DNA of 35,746 nucleotides from Holosporales bacterium (lineage in GTDB: Bacteria > Pseudomonadota > Alphaproteobacteria > RUG11792), in assembly GCA_031281515.1 (NCBI GenBank), contig JAITFF010000021.1:1-35746 (forward strand), in the 5' to 3' direction. Shown piece after piece: positions 18,202-26,705 of the stretch. Below the pieces are notes generated by a model. It did not search any database, was not told the origin of the DNA, and was given only the letters and a program-made list of their open reading frames with translations. Every line of letters starts with the position of its first letter. Position 1 is the stretch's first letter. A program made the translations under genes and the position numbers.

Positions 18202-18810
18202 TTACTGCAAGAAGTCCCAATCTTGATTAAATGGATCCGACAAATGAGATAAAGGAAATTCAGTGGTTGTTGAGTCCTGATCTTGTGGAGGATTATGTTG
18301 TGCTGACTGTGGAACCGCTCTTGCGAATTGTGTAGGAACTTGGGCCTGCGGTTCCGTTGATCTAGACGCCATCCATCGGTGCTGGTATGGCCCAATGATA
18401 TGCTCTCTTATATCTCCCACTAATCGGAACATCCCAAACCTTTTCTGCAACATTGTTTGAATTCCTCGTAAAGGAGCACCTCTTTGCATAGCTTGTCTAG
18501 CTGCATTGATCTCTTCGTCTGTCCAGGGAGTCTTATGATCGAGGTCTGGATTCAGGTAGCATTTAAAACGTTCTCGGCATTGTCTAGGATTCCGATTTTC
18601 CATGTCCCTAGCTATTATTGTCCAATCAACTTGAACAGAAGTTGTCTCCTGGTAACGTCTTACTAGTTCCACCAGTCGTGCGTCCTCTTCAGTGGAAAAC
18701 CTGCGGTGGCAAGTATTATCGCTCTGCCCTGCTTCTGTAACTCCAGGCCCACTGATTACTAGCATCGCTAAACAAATTCCGAGGCATAATGGATTTTTCA
18801 ATCTCATCAT
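18202..18810 (-). CDS. signal-peptide-bearing Myb/SANT (R2R3-like) domain protein, eukaryote-like
   Basis: 202 aa. GGAGG lies 5 nt upstream of the ATG. Signal-like MMRLKNPLCLGICLAMLVISGPGVTEA. The Myb repeat RFSTEEDARLVELVRRYQ..VDWTIIARDMENRNPRQCRERFKCYLNPDLDHKTPWTDEE matches the ...QCRERW.N.LNP...K..WT.EED consensus. Confidence 0.7.
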   Translation of the reverse strand: MMRLKNPLCLGICLAMLVISGPGVTEAGQSDNTCHRRFSTEEDARLVELVRRYQETTSVQVDWTIIARDMENRNPRQCRERFKCYLNPDLDHKTPWTDEEINAARQAMQRGAPLRGIQTMLQKRFGMFRLVGDIREHIIGPYQHRWMASRSTEPQAQVPTQFARAVPQSAQHNPPQDQDSTTTEFPLSHLSDPFNQDWDFLQ

Positions 18811-19025
18811 TGATTCCTCCCCAATTAATTCCTCCCAATAGATTCATGCTACGTGCCTGCTGTGGCTGTAGTCAATGGTCAAAAACTTTACCGAGCTTTA
18901 TGGGACAAAAATGTATTTGCCGTTTCCGAAATTAAGATATAAGCTGGAATCAGATCGCCCATCCTCGGGCGGTTCGCCAAATCCAAATATGTGCAATCTT
19001 TTTCTAAAATCATGGAGGAAATTCT

Positions 19026-20213
19026 ATGTTAGCCAATTTTTTCAAAAATTACATAACCGGTAGAGTCGGAGATTCCGGATCTTCATTGGTTTCTTATCGT
19101 ACCGCTCGAACCGATTCGTCGATGGATTATGAAGACATGTCGGATACAGGTTACAAAAAAAATGTCGTCGTTTACCGCTGCGTTCATATGATCGCGAGAA
19201 CAATCGCATCGGTCAACTGGATCATGCGAAAAATGAATGAATCTCACGAAATTGATGAAATTATATATAAGCATGAAATACTAGAGCTAATCGAGCGCCC
19301 AAATTCAAATCAGTATAGAGCGACCTTTATGGAGGCCGCCGTTTCGTATCTCATGCTTTCTGGGAATTGCTATATCATGGCCCTTCGAGATGCCAATGAT
19401 GGTGGCAAACCCATCGAACTACATCTTCTGCGCCCAGACAGAGTCAAAATTATTCCGGGCAAAAGCTCAATCCCAGAGGGGTATGAATATGTCGTCGGAA
19501 ACGATCGGCGTATTTTTGAAGTTGATCCCGAGAATGGGGCATCCGATATCTTACACATAAAACTGTTTAATCCAGTTGATGATTGGTATGGAATGAGCCC
19601 AGTCGAAGCCGTCCTGGGATCGATTAGCCAGCATAATGCTATCGCTCAACAGAACATATCATTCTTACAAAATGGTGGTCGTCCATCTGGAGCATTAATG
19701 TACAACTCTTCACTCGATCATCAAAAGCGAAACGACCTCAAAAATGATTTACGTAGTCTTTATGAAGGAGGAAGAAATGCTGGGAAAATACTACTTTTAG
19801 AAGGGAATTTTGAATGGAAAGAAATGGGGCTCTCTCCAAAGGATCTCGATTTTATATCTGGGAAAGAGCTAGCAGCCAAGGAAATAGCAATGGCCTTTGG
19901 AGTTCCTCCGATTTTGATCGGATTTATGGCGGACGCCACTTTCTCTAACTACAAGGAAGCCAGGTATAATTTCTGGGAGGAAACGATTCTGCCGGTTCTG
20001 AACATCCTATCCGGCGAATTATCTAATTGGTTTCAAATCTTATTCAATACGGATCTCACGTTCTGGTACGACCTCGATTCGATTCCTGCCCTTTCGAAGC
20101 GCAGGGAATCAGAATGGAACAAGATCAGTAGCGCAGAATTCCTGACGATTAACGAGAAAAGGGAGGCTTTCGGATATCCTCCTATCGAAAATTTGGAAAC
20201 TTCCCGCGACTGA
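19026..20213 (+). CDS. phage portal protein, HK97 family (GTA-like, orphan)
   Basis: 395 aa with an SD (GGAGGA) upstream. Layout and motifs typical of the HK97/GTA portal (YRCV..IA....SV.W; LLR PDRV; GMSPVEA; FLQNGGRPSGAL; LEGNFEWKEMGLSPKDLDF; EIAMAFGVPP). Confidence 0.88.
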   Translation: MLANFFKNYITGRVGDSGSSLVSYRTARTDSSMDYEDMSDTGYKKNVVVYRCVHMIARTIASVNWIMRKMNESHEIDEIIYKHEILELIERPNSNQYRATFMEAAVSYLMLSGNCYIMALRDANDGGKPIELHLLRPDRVKIIPGKSSIPEGYEYVVGNDRRIFEVDPENGASDILHIKLFNPVDDWYGMSPVEAVLGSISQHNAIAQQNISFLQNGGRPSGALMYNSSLDHQKRNDLKNDLRSLYEGGRNAGKILLLEGNFEWKEMGLSPKDLDFISGKELAAKEIAMAFGVPPILIGFMADATFSNYKEARYNFWEETILPVLNILSGELSNWFQILFNTDLTFWYDLDSIPALSKRRESEWNKISSAEFLTINEKREAFGYPPIENLETSRD

Positions 20214-20442
20214 GATCAGGTTTTTCTGCAGAAGAAATCATTTATTCCATTAAGCATCTCACAACAAGATTGCTAAAAAGTGCTGCATTGCTCGCAAAAT
20301 TGATCTATCATGCATACATGATGCGTGGCGTGTTGCCGTCATCTTCGAAAGATGGCCGCTCGCATCGGAATGGATATAGTCGTTATATTTCGGTGTCACT
20401 TTCTGTTTTTTGGCATCGGATTTTGATTGGGGTTTTGTTGGC

Positions 20443-22341
20443 ATGTCAGGAAGACTGTTGATTGATGCTCGTTACAAAGATGAAACGCGGATCGCGATCT
20501 TGGACGAAAATGGGAAACTGGAAAATTTTGAGGTCGAACGGTCGGACCGACGGCCGATTAAAGGGAATATCTATCTCGCGAAAATCGTCAGGATTGAACC
20601 ATCTATTCAGGCGGCATTCATAGATTATGGCGCTGAAAAGCATGGTTTTTTACCTCTCTCCGAAATTCATTATGAATATTTCAATAAAAATAACGCACGA
20701 GCAACATCGGCAGACGGAGAGGACCACCAATCGGAAATTGAAAATGATAAAGACAAACGAGCGAATGCATTGCGCGGATTGCCGAGGCACTTCAAAATAC
20801 AGAACGTTATTTCGGCGAAGCAGGTTGTCCTGGTTCAGGCAGAAAAGGAAGTACGCGGAAATAAATGTGCATTTTTCACGACTTTCATCAGTCTACCGGG
20901 GAGATATTGCGTCCTCGTACCAAATTCTCCGAAAAACAAGGGGCCGAGAGTTTCGAAGAGATTGGACGACTCCGAAAAAATTAGGTTGCGCGAGATAGTT
21001 GAATCTCTCGATTTACCAGAAGGGATGGGGTGCATCGTCCGGACGGCCGGAGAGAACTGTAACAAGCAAGAAATAAAGCGCGATCTGGATTATCTATTCA
21101 GGTTGTGGAATGAGATCAATGAAAAACGGGCCAATGCGAGTATTCCGTCCTTGATTTATGAAGAAGGTAACGTCGTAAAACGATCGATTCGCGATTCATA
21201 TCGGAGGACGATGAACGAAATCATGATTCAGGGAGCTGGAGCGTTTAAAGAAGCCAAGACGTTCATGAAATTGTTTACTCCGAGTCATGTCAAAAAAATT
21301 AAGTTATACGAAAATAAGTCAATTCCGCTTTTTCATTCTTACGATATAGAGGAAAAAATCAAAGAAATCTTGGATCCGGTTGTTCCACTCCCATCGGGTG
21401 GGTCGATTATAATAGGCGTTACCGAAGCTCTGACAGCAATCGATGTCAATTCTGGAAAATCGAAAAGCGAGAGGGATATCAATGGAACGGCGGTCAAAAC
21501 GAATCTTGAGGCTGTAACTGAAATTGCCAGACAGCTTAAATTACGCGACATTGCCGGGATTATAGTCATAGATTTTATTGACATGATAGATCAATTGTCG
21601 ATCGGTAAGGTCGAGCGCAGGATGCGGGAGGTCATGAAACAGGACCGATCGAACGTTCAGATTGGCAAAATATCTCAATTCGGGCTATTGGAGCTATCAA
21701 GACAGAGACTTAGGACTAGCTACACTGATTCGAGCTTCACTAAATGTAAGCATTGTGCTGGGATTGGCAAAGTTCTGTCGACAGAAGCAGTTGCACTGTC
21801 GGTTATCAGGCAGGTGGAAAGTTTCCTTCTCGACGGGAAAAGTAAGGCGATAATTGTGGAGGTTGCTAGTGGAGCCGACCTGTTCATATTAAATCAAAAA
21901 CGGCAAATGATCATGGAGATGGAGGAGACGTATGGAGTTTCGATAGAAGTCGTCGGAAATCAGTTAATGGAGGCCGCCGAATGTAAGATAATCGTCAAGG
22001 AATTTGCTCGGGATCGACAGGCGGGATCTGAAGACCAGATGGAAAACGATGAAGTCCACCTCGTGAATCGCCCACGGCAAAAATTAGTGTTCAATGAGGC
22101 GCCAGAAGCAGTGCCGGATGTGGCCGAACCTCCGGCAGAAGGTCCTTCTGAACCGGTCAATGAGCCCAAACATCGTAGAAGGAGAAAAAAGAATTATCGT
22201 TCCTCAGCTCAATCGGATGGATTATTAGCAAGTTCAAGGACAGTTGATGGAGCAAGAGAAGGGGGTGTTGGTTCAACAGAAAAGCCACCAGCCAGAGAGA
22301 AATCTGGCAAGGATTGGTGGCTGAAGAAACTTTTTCCCTGA
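20443..22341 (+). CDS. rne: ribonuclease E/G family endoribonuclease (RNase E-like, with basic/Pro-rich C-terminal tail)
   Basis: The N-terminus MSGRLLIDARYKDETRIAILDENGKLENFEVE...GNIYLAKIVRIEPSIQAAFIDYG (S1 domain) is canonical RNase E/G. The DNase I-like region contains AIDVNSG, followed by a Zn-link CKHCAGIG. The ORF-track start (TTG 20410) adds 11 non-conserved residues, so ATG 20443 is preferred. Confidence 0.88.
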   Translation: MSGRLLIDARYKDETRIAILDENGKLENFEVERSDRRPIKGNIYLAKIVRIEPSIQAAFIDYGAEKHGFLPLSEIHYEYFNKNNARATSADGEDHQSEIENDKDKRANALRGLPRHFKIQNVISAKQVVLVQAEKEVRGNKCAFFTTFISLPGRYCVLVPNSPKNKGPRVSKRLDDSEKIRLREIVESLDLPEGMGCIVRTAGENCNKQEIKRDLDYLFRLWNEINEKRANASIPSLIYEEGNVVKRSIRDSYRRTMNEIMIQGAGAFKEAKTFMKLFTPSHVKKIKLYENKSIPLFHSYDIEEKIKEILDPVVPLPSGGSIIIGVTEALTAIDVNSGKSKSERDINGTAVKTNLEAVTEIARQLKLRDIAGIIVIDFIDMIDQLSIGKVERRMREVMKQDRSNVQIGKISQFGLLELSRQRLRTSYTDSSFTKCKHCAGIGKVLSTEAVALSVIRQVESFLLDGKSKAIIVEVASGADLFILNQKRQMIMEMEETYGVSIEVVGNQLMEAAECKIIVKEFARDRQAGSEDQMENDEVHLVNRPRQKLVFNEAPEAVPDVAEPPAEGPSEPVNEPKHRRRRKKNYRSSAQSDGLLASSRTVDGAREGGVGSTEKPPAREKSGKDWWLKKLFP

Positions 22342-22707
22342 GAAGACCGGTTTACTACGGTTGTTGGATCTTGTTCGAATGCTCACGTACGTCCAAGTTC
22401 GCTGCACTTCTGTGTTCCGTATATACTTCCTGGGGCTCTGATTCTAAAGGCGCGGAATTATACTTAAATTGCACACCTGAATCTGGGATTAGAAGCTGGA
22501 TACGATCCTCCATATCTTAGAAAGGAGCTAGAGATGGCTTATTAGTAGCTGCCTTGGAGGCTATAGGAGCTCACTTTATTCATTAGGAGATCTCTCTGCC
22601 TCCTCTGCCAAAATCGGAAGAATTTTTACCGTTTTTTAGCTTTTTCTTGGGACCATATCCCTCGCCCGCACGGCTGTGGCTGGCCTTTTTTTTAAATGGG
22701 GAGGATT

Positions 22708-23175
22708 ATGAGTATCTTTCATTACTGTCTTAAAAGTACGTTTGCTTTACTATGTTTCTCTTGCTTCACTCTGATTTCCGAGGCGGTATCCTTGGAAATT
22801 ACAAACAATTTCTCTGAATGTACCGGGCTCCTGGATGAGCTGACGAAGTTTTCTGAGCACGCCTCAGATGGTGACTCTATGACGATATCGAATTGGAATA
22901 TGGAACTCAAGAAAATCAGCGAACACGAGTACCACTTTGGCGATGCTATTCGGATGTATCTTACCGGCCATCCCACCCAAAGTTTGATGGGTCTAACTTC
23001 TATTTTATTCAGGGATGGAGGGTCGGTCAGTTTCGAACGTAATCCGGTCGCTACGGAATTAGTCCTCGTAAATCCGTTCATTGAGAAACTGTGCCAAAAA
23101 GAACCGCTATACCAATGGGTATGCTACCTGGCAACAAAATACATAATTCCAGACGACGAAGACGAGGAAAATTAA
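22708..23175 (+). CDS. small secreted hypothetical protein with acidic C-terminal tail
   Basis: ATG 22708 is preceded by GGGGAGGA. Signal-like MSIFHYCLKSTFALLCFSCFTLISEA. Ends in ...PDDEDEEN. No recognisable domain. Confidence 0.5.
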   Translation: MSIFHYCLKSTFALLCFSCFTLISEAVSLEITNNFSECTGLLDELTKFSEHASDGDSMTISNWNMELKKISEHEYHFGDAIRMYLTGHPTQSLMGLTSILFRDGGSVSFERNPVATELVLVNPFIEKLCQKEPLYQWVCYLATKYIIPDDEDEEN

Positions 23176-23443
23176 CCCCTACACAACTCGGAAAAATACA
23201 GCATCGTGTTAAGCTTGGGGAGGATTACTAAAGAGACACAGGAAAGTGAACTCTAGTATACACGATGCTGGAAGCTCTGCTGAACTTCGACTATGATACT
23301 AACACAAACTTAACGATTCGTAAACAACTAATTACTACTGATCTCGCTTTTGGAGCAGCCAAAGCTCTGTTGAACCGCTCTAATAAGCTGCTAAACAAGT
23401 CAATTTTAGTGATATTTTGTATCTTTTTTGAAGGATAAAAAAT

Positions 23444-24967
23444 TTAATAATTGCCGGATAGTTTATATTGCGCTGCCTCGGCGATGTGATGTTTTTGAAC
23501 GGTAATGGAGGCATCCATATCGGCTATGGTCCTGGCGACCCTGAGGATTTTATGACACCCCCTTGCCGAGATGTTCGAGCTTTGAACTATTTGCTGAAAG
23601 AAGATGCTCGTGGGTGTATCAAGGCGAGTCACCTCGTTTAGATATTTTCCACGAGCCTTCCCGTTTAATTTTAACTCGCTAACCCCGTTGTCCTCGGCCC
23701 GTTTAATCTGTATTGCCCTGGCTAAAGTAACTCGTTTCCTTATTGATTCTGATGTCTCTCTATTCTCCTTCTCGAACAGCTCGGCAACCTTGATGCTGTT
23801 AACGAAAATGATGATATCGAACCGATCCAGAATAGGCCCGGAAATTCTGTTCCGATATTCGATGGAGCATCTCGGAGCCTTTTGACACTGCCTTTGTGGT
23901 ACCCCGTAAAAACCGCATTTACACGGATTCATGGCGGCTATTAGCTGCATATTAGCCGGATAGGTTATGTGTTCCTTGGCCCTAGAGACCGTTATATTAT
24001 TCGTTTCAAGTGGTTGTCTGAGTGCATCGATCGTCTGTCTCTGGAATTCTGGTAACTCGTCCAGGAATAAAATCCCGTTATGTGCCAACGACAATTCTCC
24101 CGGCTTCGCATCGGGCCCACCACCGACTATCGAAATTAAAGATGCCGAATGATGTGGATCTCGGAATGGCGGGAGATGTATTAACCCATTGTCCGGCGAC
24201 ATACCAGCCAGACTGTATATGCAGGTCGTCTCGAGGGCTTCAGCAGGAGAAAGGGACGGCAGGATCGTCCTCATACGTGATGCTAGCATCGATTTCCCGG
24301 AGCCAGGGCTTCCTATCATCAGGAGATTATGCCCTCCCGAGGCTGCAACCTCGAGAGCTCGTTTTGCGAACGGTTGGCCGTAGACATCCGCCATATCGAC
24401 CTCATATTCCGGAGGATCGCGAAAGCGATTCGAGCCAACCTCGGTCTTGGCAACCTGTGAAATACCAGCGAAGTGATTGATAACGGTTATGATGTTAGGA
24501 CACGCAATGATGCCGTCATTGCCGCTCCAGGCTGCCTCCGTTTCGCAGGCCTTTGGGCAAATCAGAGCCAGATCATTTTCATTGGCCAACATTGCCGCAC
24601 AAATCGCCCCGGAAACATAGCATAAGCTGCCATCGAGACCCAATTCTCCAATTGAAATAGTATTCTCGAAAAGCCTGATGTCGATGGCCTCCATAGCTCC
24701 CAGGATAGCGAGGGCAATCGGAAGATCATAATGAGATCCGCCCTTTGGAATATCGGCTGGAGCCATGTTGACGATGACCTTCTTAGCCGGGAATCCGATC
24801 CCGAGTTGATAGAAAGTCGAGCGAATTCGTTCCTTAGCTTCACCGACTGTCTTATCCGGTAGGCCGACGATACAGAACGATGCGATACCTGGGGAAATCT
24901 GTGCCTCGACCGTGATCTCGCTTGGCCGCATTCCGATGAATGCAACTGTCCTTATCTTGGAAACCAT
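23444..24967 (-). CDS. yifB: YifB/ComM family Mg-chelatase-like AAA+ ATPase
   Basis: 507 aa. The N-terminal Lon-protease-like domain (TVEAQISPGIASFCIVGLPDKTVGEAKERI), Walker A GSPGSGKSM and GILFLDELPEF are typical of the family. Confidence 0.92.
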   Translation of the reverse strand: MVSKIRTVAFIGMRPSEITVEAQISPGIASFCIVGLPDKTVGEAKERIRSTFYQLGIGFPAKKVIVNMAPADIPKGGSHYDLPIALAILGAMEAIDIRLFENTISIGELGLDGSLCYVSGAICAAMLANENDLALICPKACETEAAWSGNDGIIACPNIITVINHFAGISQVAKTEVGSNRFRDPPEYEVDMADVYGQPFAKRALEVAASGGHNLLMIGSPGSGKSMLASRMRTILPSLSPAEALETTCIYSLAGMSPDNGLIHLPPFRDPHHSASLISIVGGGPDAKPGELSLAHNGILFLDELPEFQRQTIDALRQPLETNNITVSRAKEHITYPANMQLIAAMNPCKCGFYGVPQRQCQKAPRCSIEYRNRISGPILDRFDIIIFVNSIKVAELFEKENRETSESIRKRVTLARAIQIKRAEDNGVSELKLNGKARGKYLNEVTRLDTPTSIFFQQIVQSSNISARGCHKILRVARTIADMDASITVQKHHIAEAAQYKLSGNY

Positions 24968-25058
24968 TGCAAATCAGCGGAAAGACACAACTGCACGATC
25001 GTAGCATTTCACGGTTAATTGGCAGTTAAAAACTGGTAAATAATCTCAGTTCCATATT

Positions 25059-26345
25059 TCATTTTGCAGAAGGAACCATGACTTTTCTAACCGGGCCTAT
25101 TACAAATACAACTGGCTGTTGCACGGGAGCGCTTCTCCAGCGATTGTATGCCCAGATCCCGAGGAATCCAGCTGTTATCCCAGCCACTCCCAGAGCTCCC
25201 ATATAAAAAGTCTTCCACTTTTCTGTAGTTACCAACTCACTCTCAGTCGCAGTCAGCTGCCCCTTAGTCTCAGTTAACTCACTCTTAGTATCAGACAACT
25301 GCCCCTTAGTCTCAGTTAACTCACTCTCAGCTGCAGTCAGCTTACTCGTCAGTGTAGCTGACGCATTTTCGGCCTTATCTAATAACTCCAATAATTGAAC
25401 GACTCCATCTCCGACACCCTTGGCCTCCGTTGTTACCTCTGCAATAGGATCTTCTTCTAATTTGCCTATTGCACCAACCAATGCCCCAATTCCATCTTTG
25501 AGTGCTTCCACGTGATGTTCCCGTGCATCCACATCTTGACTATCCCGATCTGTGGATAGGAATGCCACTGCTTCGTTCACTACTGCCAAGAAATCCGCCA
25601 GAGGATGCCCGGTTAGTCTAACGGGGGGGGATTCTGTGAAGTCATGTATTGCTGTGTATACTTTCCTCATTTGCGCGTGTGTCCATCCCGCGAACCAACT
25701 CAGGCCTAGAAATGTGCCCGTGACTTCCTCATTGCTATCTGGTTGCTTCCTGGATGGGACCTCCTGGTCCTCATCCAGACTGAGGTAAAACTCGAACCCA
25801 CCCCTCTGAGGGTTCGGATTTATCCTCGTCTGATACGCCTTCAATCCTACCTTTTCCAATTTGTTGGACGAGAGGAGTTCCAACCCTTTCTCTTGGCTGC
25901 ACCACGCGAAGTATTTCGGATACTGGATTGGTGGGCCGTACTCAGTGGACCCTACTTCCGGAAAAAGTTTTAGGGTTCCCGCTGCGGCACTCCACTGTAC
26001 CGACAGTTCAAATTCCCCCAGCATGAATGGAAGAATTTCCGCCGCTAGGACCCCCTGGTCAAAAGTGGTAGTGTCCCATTCTTGCTTCTGCGCCGGATTC
26101 CCGTGCCTCAGAGTGATTGATGTGGGAAGCATGTCCGCTGATTCTTTCCAAACCGGATATGGGATGTGCTGTTCGTACTCTGCCTCTGCTTTCTGGGCTG
26201 TTCCCGTGCTTACGGGCTCTGCCGCAGGGAGAGTCTTGATATTTTCCCAGTCGTCGCCTAGTTTGGGTTCCGCAATTGGGACGCTGGCTGTTACTTGTGT
26301 ACTTAATACCAACATCGAAACTATCTGGATTTGCCTGAATTGCAT
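25059..26345 (-). CDS. secreted/tail-anchored hypothetical protein with coiled-coil tandem repeats
   Basis: I prefer a start at M18 of the 445-aa ORF (MQFRQIQIVSMLVLSTQVTASVP is signal-like). The central region has no recognisable domain. SELTETKGQL repeats are followed by a TM helix FYMGALGVAGITAGFLGIWAY and a short basic tail. Confidence 0.6.
   Translation of the reverse strand: MQFRQIQIVSMLVLSTQVTASVPIAEPKLGDDWENIKTLPAAEPVSTGTAQKAEAEYEQHIPYPVWKESADMLPTSITLRHGNPAQKQEWDTTTFDQGVLAAEILPFMLGEFELSVQWSAAAGTLKLFPEVGSTEYGPPIQYPKYFAWCSQEKGLELLSSNKLEKVGLKAYQTRINPNPQRGGFEFYLSLDEDQEVPSRKQPDSNEEVTGTFLGLSWFAGWTHAQMRKVYTAIHDFTESPPVRLTGHPLADFLAVVNEAVAFLSTDRDSQDVDAREHHVEALKDGIGALVGAIGKLEEDPIAEVTTEAKGVGDGVVQLLELLDKAENASATLTSKLTAAESELTETKGQLSDTKSELTETKGQLTATESELVTTEKWKTFYMGALGVAGITAGFLGIWAYNRWRSAPVQQPVVFVIGPVRKVMVPSAK
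25218..25325. repeat. about 2.5 copies of a 42-bp in-frame tandem repeat inside the 25059..26345 CDS
   Basis: Near-identical DNA units (ttaactcactcttagtatcagacaactgccccttagtctcag / ...) encode SELTETKGQLSDTK / SELTETKGQLTATE / SELVTTEK. Confidence 0.8.
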
Positions 26346-26611
26346 TTTTTTTTGCCACCCCTCGTGTGATCGGATCAACGATAGGGATGGTACCAAACTA
26401 TAATGAAAATTTACTTAAACCCTGCCTCGCTAGTTCCTGACTGCTGGGTATGGCTCTTGTTATTTTGATATCCCATTCACGCGTCCCTCGGGATATCCCG
26501 ATAGAGGACAATTTGACTGGTCCCTTTCGACTGGAATTTTAGGTCTCTAGGACGATTTAGGTTGCTCCCTCCCTCGGGAAATGATAGATTTGAGGATCCG
26601 TTGGCTCAATA

Positions 26612-26705
26612 GGAGAGGTGGCCGAGAGGCTGAAGGCAACGGTTTGCTAAACCGTCATACGGTATAAAATCCGTATCGGGGGTTCGAATCCCCCTCTCTC
26701 CGCCA
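26612..26705 (+). tRNA. tRNA-Ser (anticodon GCU)
   Basis: GGAGAGGTGGCCGAGAGGCTGAAGGCAACGGTTTGCTAAACCGTCATACGGTATAAAATCCGTATCGGGGGTTCGAATCCCCCTCTCTCCGCCA. It has anticodon loop TTGCTAA, a long variable arm hairpin (ACGGATTT/…), a T-loop and encoded CCA. Confidence 0.93.

Noticed and set aside
18202-20213. Possibility that the Myb-like gene and the portal gene belong to a prophage.
   Set aside because: There is no integrase, terminase, capsid, tail or lysis gene nearby, and the flanks are lgt and rne. This is better described as isolated insertions or remnants.
23265-23438. Unlisted 57-codon ORF (MLEALLNFDYDTNTNLTIRKQLITTDLAFGAAKALLNRSNKLLNKSILVIFCIFFEG) between the acidic-tail gene and yifB.
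   Set aside because: There is no Shine-Dalgarno sequence and no recognisable motif, and it lies in the convergent 3' spacer. Evidence is insufficient to call a gene.
25861-26403. 180-aa plus-strand ORF, and similar long antisense ORFs elsewhere (9642..10091, 30636..31103, 33857..34369, 34236..34829, 24022..24480).
   Set aside because: All lie entirely inside longer opposite-strand ORFs that have recognisable protein features, and their translations are low-complexity or Cys/Ser/Arg-rich as expected for shadow frames.
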